A stretch of DNA of 64,000 nucleotides from the NCBI GenBank assembly GCA_036555035.1, contig DATBMB010000056.1:1267-65266 (forward strand), in the 5' to 3' direction. Below, piece after piece: positions 60,498 to 64,000 of this stretch (the first letter of the stretch is position 1; each line of letters opens with the position of its first letter). The DNA is from Burkholderiales bacterium. GTDB lineage: Bacteria > Pseudomonadota > Gammaproteobacteria > Burkholderiales > SG8-41. The notes beneath the pieces were generated by a model, which was given only the letters and a program-made list of their open reading frames with translations, searched no databases and was not told the origin of the DNA. The translations under genes and the position numbers were made by a program.

Positions 60498-61180
60498 GAC
60501 GCCGCGCCCTCCAGGCGGCCGGCGGCGAGGCGCAGCACGCGGTCGCAGCGCGCCGTGATCGCCTCGTCGTGCGTCACCAGCAGCAGCGTCGTGCCGCTCT
60601 CGCGATTCAACTCGAACAGGAGCTCGATCACCTGCAGTCCCGTCGCCGCGTCCAGGTTGCCGGTCGGCTCGTCGGCCAGCAGCAGCTTGGGGCGGGTCAC
60701 GAAGGCGCGCGCGATCGCGACGCGCTGCTGCTCGCCGCCGGAGAGCTGCTTCGGGTAGTGGTGCAGGCGGTCGGCGAGGCCCACCCGCCCGAGCATGGCC
60801 CGCGCCGGGGCGGATGCCTCGGGCGCGCCGGCGAGCTCGAGCGGCAGCATCACGTTCTCGAGCGCGGTCATCGCCGGCAGCAGCTGGAAGGACTGGAACA
60901 CGAACCCGACCATCCGGCCGCGCAGCGCGGCGCGCCCGTCCTCATCGAGCGTGGTGAGATCGTGGCCGTCGATCCGCACCGAGCCCGCGCTCGGCGTATC
61001 GAGCCCCGCGAGGAGTCCCAGCAGGGTGGACTTTCCGGATCCGGACACCCCGACGATGGCGACCGACTCTCCTGCGCCGACCTCGAAACTCACGCCGCTC
61101 AAAATGGTCAGTTCGGTTGTGCCGGTGGTAACCTGCTTGCCGACTCCCGAGGCCTTGAGAATGATCTGCGCGCGGCTCAT
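60494..61180 (-). CDS. ABC transporter ATP-binding protein, YbbA/LolD-like
   Basis: It has Walker A GVSGSGKST, the signature LSGGEQQRVAIARA and Walker B LLLADEPT. The start is the ATG at 61180 or 61189. Confidence 0.9.
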   Translation of the reverse strand: MSRAQIILKASGVGKQVTTGTTELTILSGVSFEVGAGESVAIVGVSGSGKSTLLGLLAGLDTPSAGSVRIDGHDLTTLDEDGRAALRGRMVGFVFQSFQLLPAMTALENVMLPLELAGAPEASAPARAMLGRVGLADRLHHYPKQLSGGEQQRVAIARAFVTRPKLLLADEPTGNLDAATGLQVIELLFELNRESGTTLLLVTHDEAITARCDRVLRLAAGRLEGAAS

Positions 61181-61790
61181 CGACTTCATCCTGCGTTCAA
61201 TAATGGTGTGTGCGCTGGCCGCCCCGGCCGCAGCCAACGGCGCCGCGACAATCCTCGTCTTCGGCGACAGTCTCGCGACGGGATACGGTTTGCCCCGGGA
61301 AAGGAGCTGGGTCTACCTGCTCGAGCAACGCCTGCGTACGGAAAAGCTCGATTATAAAGTAGTCAACGCGAGCATCAGCGGTGAGACGACGCTCGGCGGC
61401 GTGAATCGCATCGCCGCCGCGCTCAAGGCACATCGCCCCGAGCTCGTGATTCTCGAGCTGGGCGGAAACGACGGGCTGCGCGGCGCGGCCCCCGAGTCGA
61501 TCCGCCGCAACCTCGAGGCGATCACCGATGCGAGCCAGCGCGCCCGGGCCCGCGTGCTGCTGGTGGGCGTGCGCATGCCCCCGAACTATGGCATGGCCTA
61601 CACCGAGAAGTTCCAGGAAGTCTTCAGCGCCGTGGCGCGCAGCCGCAAGCTGCCGCTCGTGCCCTTTCTGCTGGACGGCTTTGCCGAGGACCGCGGGCTC
61701 TTTCTGGACGACGGCATCCACCCCAACGCCGCGGCGCAGCCGCTGATCCTCGAAACCGTGTGGAAGGGACTGCGGCCGCTGCTCAGGTAA
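61161..61790 (+). CDS. SGNH/GDSL hydrolase, TesA-like arylesterase / acyl-CoA thioesterase I
   Basis: ILVFGDSLATGYG (block I), ISGETT, LELGGNDGLR and DGIHPN (block V). The start is uncertain: 61161 gives a signal-peptide-like N-terminus, and 61203 is the alternative. Confidence 0.8.
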   Translation: MICARLIDFILRSIMVCALAAPAAANGAATILVFGDSLATGYGLPRERSWVYLLEQRLRTEKLDYKVVNASISGETTLGGVNRIAAALKAHRPELVILELGGNDGLRGAAPESIRRNLEAITDASQRARARVLLVGVRMPPNYGMAYTEKFQEVFSAVARSRKLPLVPFLLDGFAEDRGLFLDDGIHPNAAAQPLILETVWKGLRPLLR

Positions 61791-62841
61791 CGACGACACG
61801 CGCGGCGCCGGTGCTGAGCGCGCCGATTTGCGCCGCGTGGTTGAACCCTTCGCGCTTGAAGACCTCCAGCACCGCGGGCGCCGTCGCGGCATCGCACGCG
61901 ACGAGCAGCCCCCCGCTCGTCTGCGGATCGGTGAGAATCCTGCGGCGCCATTGCGGCCAGCTCCCCGGCAGCTCCACCGCATCCTGGCAGCTTGCCCAGT
62001 TGCGGTCCGAGGCGCCGGTCGCGTAGCCGGCCTCCACCAGCTGACGCGCGGCCGACAGGATCGGCACCCGGTCGAATTCGAGCTGCGCCTGAAGCTTCGA
62101 ACCGCGGCAAATCTCGAGCAAATGCCCGAGCAGGCCGTAGCCGGTGACATCGGTCAGCGCGTGCACGCCCTCCATCTCGGCGAGCTTCAACCCCGGCGTG
62201 TTGAGCTGGGTCGCGGTCTCCAGCATCTGGCGGTACGACTTGTCCTTGAGCTCCCCCTTCTTGAGCGCGGCGCCCATCACGCCGATGCCGAGCCCCTTGC
62301 CCAGAATCAGGACATCACCCGCCCGGGCGCGGTCATTGCGCTTGACCTTGGCGGGATCGATCAGGCCGAGCGCGACCAGCCCGTAGAGCGGCTCGGGGGA
62401 GTCGATCGAATGGCCGCCGGCAATCGGCACGCCCACCCGCTCGCACACGTCGTGGCCGCCGGCGACGATGCGCTGCACGGCCCAGGTCGGAAGCTTTCCG
62501 AGGGGCACACCCAGCAGCGCGAGCGCGAGGATCGGGCGCGCGCCCATCGCGTAGACATCCGAGATCGCGTTGGTCGCGGCGATGCGCCCGAAGTCGTAGG
62601 GGTCGTCCACGATCGGCGTGAAGAAATCCGTGGTCGCGACGAGCGCCTGGGTATCGTTCAGACGGTACACCGCGGCATCGTCGCTCGTCTCGTTGCCCAC
62701 GAGCAGGTTCGGCCACGCCTTCCCCAGCGGCGTTCCCGCAAGCACTTCGCTCAGCAACGCCGGCGTGAGCTTGCAGCCTCAGCCGCCGCCGTGCGCGAGC
62801 TGGGTGAGCCGGATCGTGGTGCCTTCCGTCGGCTTGTTCAT
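61783..62841 (-). CDS. selD: Selenide, water dikinase (selenophosphate synthetase) with an in-frame UGA read as selenocysteine
   Basis: The listed ORF 61783..62757 lacks the N-terminus. Reading upstream in frame gives ATG(62841) MNKPTEGTTIRLTQLAHGGG-TGA(62781..62779)-GCKLTPALLSEVLAG. This is the conserved SelD GGG(U/C)GCK active-site loop. The rest is SelD-like (DDAAVY..., DFFTPIVDDPYDFG..., HALTDVTGYGLLGH). Confidence 0.88.
62738..62781 (-). other. UGA (Sec) codon plus candidate SECIS stem-loop in selD mRNA
   Basis: The mRNA reads UGA GGCU GCAAGCUCACGCCGGCGUUGCUGAGCGAAGUGCUUGC. GCAAG pairs with CUUGC and CAC with GUG. An alternative fold pairs GCUCA with UGAGC. The structure lies 4-8 nt after the UGA. 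Confidence 0.5.
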
Positions 62842-62864
62842 GATTTCCCGTAAAATGTCCGCCG

Positions 62865-63947
62865 GTGCGCGCAGAAAAAAACAGGATTCCCGTGCGAGGT
62901 CCGGCCACGGCAACCGTAGCACACCTCACGGACTTTGACGAGGTCATCGACGTCCGCTCCGAGGGCGAATTCGCCGAGGACCACGTTCCCGGCGCGGTCA
63001 ACTGCCCGGTCCTCGACGACGCCGCGCGCGCGCGCGTCGGCACGATCTACAAGCAGCGCTCCGCGTTCGAGGCGAAGAAGATCGGCGCAGCGCTCGTGAG
63101 CGCCAGCATCGCGCGCCATCTCGACGAGCGCTTCCTCGACCGGCCGCGGGAGTGGCGGCCGCTGGTGTACTGCTGGCGCGGGGGCAGCCGCAGCGGCGCC
63201 TTCGCGCACGTGCTGCACCAGGTCGGCTGGCGCGTCGCGCAGCTCGACGGCGGCTACCGCGCCTACCGGCGGGCGGTCGTTTCCGACCTTGAGCGCCTGC
63301 CGAAGCGAGTTCGCCTGCGCGTGGTGTGCGGGCTGACCGGAAGCGGCAAGAGCCGATTGCTCGCCGCGCTGCGCGATGCCGGCGCCCAGGTGCTCGATCT
63401 GGAGGCGCTCGCCGCGCACCGCGGCTCGGTCCTCGGGGAGCTGCCGGATGTCCCCCAGCCGACGCAGAAGATGTTCGAGAGCCGGGTGTGGGCGGCGCTC
63501 ACCGGATTCGACCGCAAGCGCCCGGTCTACGTCGAGGCCGAGAGCCGGAAGATTGGCTCGCTGCGCGTGCCCGAGGCGTTGATCCAGGCGATGTGGAAAG
63601 CGGACTGCATCGTGCTGGAAGCGCCCGATGCGGCGCGGGTCGAGCTCCTCAAGCGCGAGTACGCCCATTTCTTCGAGCAGACGGCGGCGCTCGGCCGCCA
63701 GCTGGATTGCCTGCTGCCCCTGCACGGGCACGCGATCATCGCCCGGTGGAAGGAGCTCGCAGCCGCGCGCCGCTGGGACAAGCTGATCGTCGAGTTGCTG
63801 GTGCGCCATTACGATCCCGCCTACACCCGTTCCACCGGCAAGCACTACGCGAAGCTGTCGCAGGCGCTCAAGCTCGCGCTCGGGAGCGCGGATGACGCGG
63901 CTTTCGCTCCGCTCGCCCGCCGCTGCCTCGAAACAGAGCTCCCGTGA
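62865..63947 (+). CDS. selU: tRNA 2-selenouridine synthase (rhodanese domain plus P-loop)
   Basis: The rhodanese part is IDVRSEGEFAEDHVPGAVNCP...GTIYKQ...VYCWRGGSRS. The P-loop is CGLTGSGKS. It is divergent from selD. The start is the GTG at 62865 or 62892. Confidence 0.88.
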   Translation: MRAEKNRIPVRGPATATVAHLTDFDEVIDVRSEGEFAEDHVPGAVNCPVLDDAARARVGTIYKQRSAFEAKKIGAALVSASIARHLDERFLDRPREWRPLVYCWRGGSRSGAFAHVLHQVGWRVAQLDGGYRAYRRAVVSDLERLPKRVRLRVVCGLTGSGKSRLLAALRDAGAQVLDLEALAAHRGSVLGELPDVPQPTQKMFESRVWAALTGFDRKRPVYVEAESRKIGSLRVPEALIQAMWKADCIVLEAPDAARVELLKREYAHFFEQTAALGRQLDCLLPLHGHAIIARWKELAAARRWDKLIVELLVRHYDPAYTRSTGKHYAKLSQALKLALGSADDAAFAPLARRCLETELP

Positions 63948-64000
63948 AGCTGGGCCTGCGCATCGAGGTCGCCACGCTGCGCGGCACGCGCGAGGCCGTG
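63944..64000 (+). CDS. Possible polysaccharide deacetylase (ArnD-like), 5' fragment only
   Basis: The GTG at 63944 overlaps the selU stop (GTGA). VKLGLRIEVATLRGTREAV resembles the recalled E. coli ArnD N-terminus [20 protein letters not shown]. Only 19 codons are visible. Confidence 0.4.
   Translation, partial: MKLGLRIEVATLRGTREAV

Noticed and set aside
61161-61189. Overlap of the 5' ends of the divergent tesA-like and ybbA-like genes, considered as a regulatory antisense arrangement.
   Set aside because: It depends entirely on the start-codon choices: 61161 versus 61203 for the esterase, and 61180 versus 61189 for the ATPase. With the alternative starts there is no overlap.
1-64000. Mobile elements, prophage, integrases, and tRNA or rRNA genes.
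   Set aside because: No transposase, integrase or phage-like translation appears in any listed frame. No terminal inverted repeats flank a composition shift. No intergenic region is long enough or shows tRNA/rRNA-like sequence by eye. A tRNAscan/Infernal run would be needed to be definitive.

Overview
Visibly GC-rich (not computed), gene-dense chromosomal segment with about 70 CDS. I saw no rRNA, tRNA, CRISPR, transposase or integrase. Gene content and order (yciB-bolA-ppiC, purL, nnr) suggest a Betaproteobacterium; this is inference only. Layout: (i) 1-8.3 kb housekeeping genes. (ii) 8.3-12.2 kb cyclic-nucleotide signalling trio: degenerate GGDEF-EAL, HD-GYP and a class II cNMP phosphodiesterase. 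(iii) 12.2-27.6 kb Mo/W island: moaE-moaD-mobB-modCBA, a ModE HTH-only regulator, a MolABC-like type II importer, a MOT1-family permease, Mop, tupBCA, a ModE-HTH/PBP regulator and moeA, followed by nrfHA. (iv) 27.6-32.6 kb, the stand-out: a seven-gene minus-strand operon behind a perfect FNR box. It encodes a stand-alone cNMP-binding protein, a PqqD-like chaperone, three paralogous PqqE/MftC-like radical SAM enzymes without the SPASM cysteine motif, a MenA-like prenyltransferase and a 52-aa peptide whose C-terminal 22 residues mimic PqqA. I do not recognise it as PQQ, mycofactocin or any other named system. I propose it makes a peptide-derived, possibly prenylated, redox cofactor linked to the surrounding quinol-dependent anaerobic respiration genes. 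(v) 32.7-40.6 kb fumA-frdABCD plus two DASS carriers. (vi) 40.6-50 kb periplasmic Cys-type formate dehydrogenase with small accessory proteins, a TorD-like chaperone, a 700-aa polyferredoxin and DUF3306/DUF3305-type proteins. (vii) 50-52.6 kb moaA-fdhD-mobA. (viii) 52.6-64 kb glk, a PAS-GGDEF-EAL sensor, mtfA, rmuC, ybbA/ybbP-like ABC genes, a tesA-like esterase, selD and selU. The selD gene is split in the ORF track by an in-frame TGA that fits selenocysteine (GGGUGCK). All family calls come from reading the translations and recalling motifs; no database search was run.
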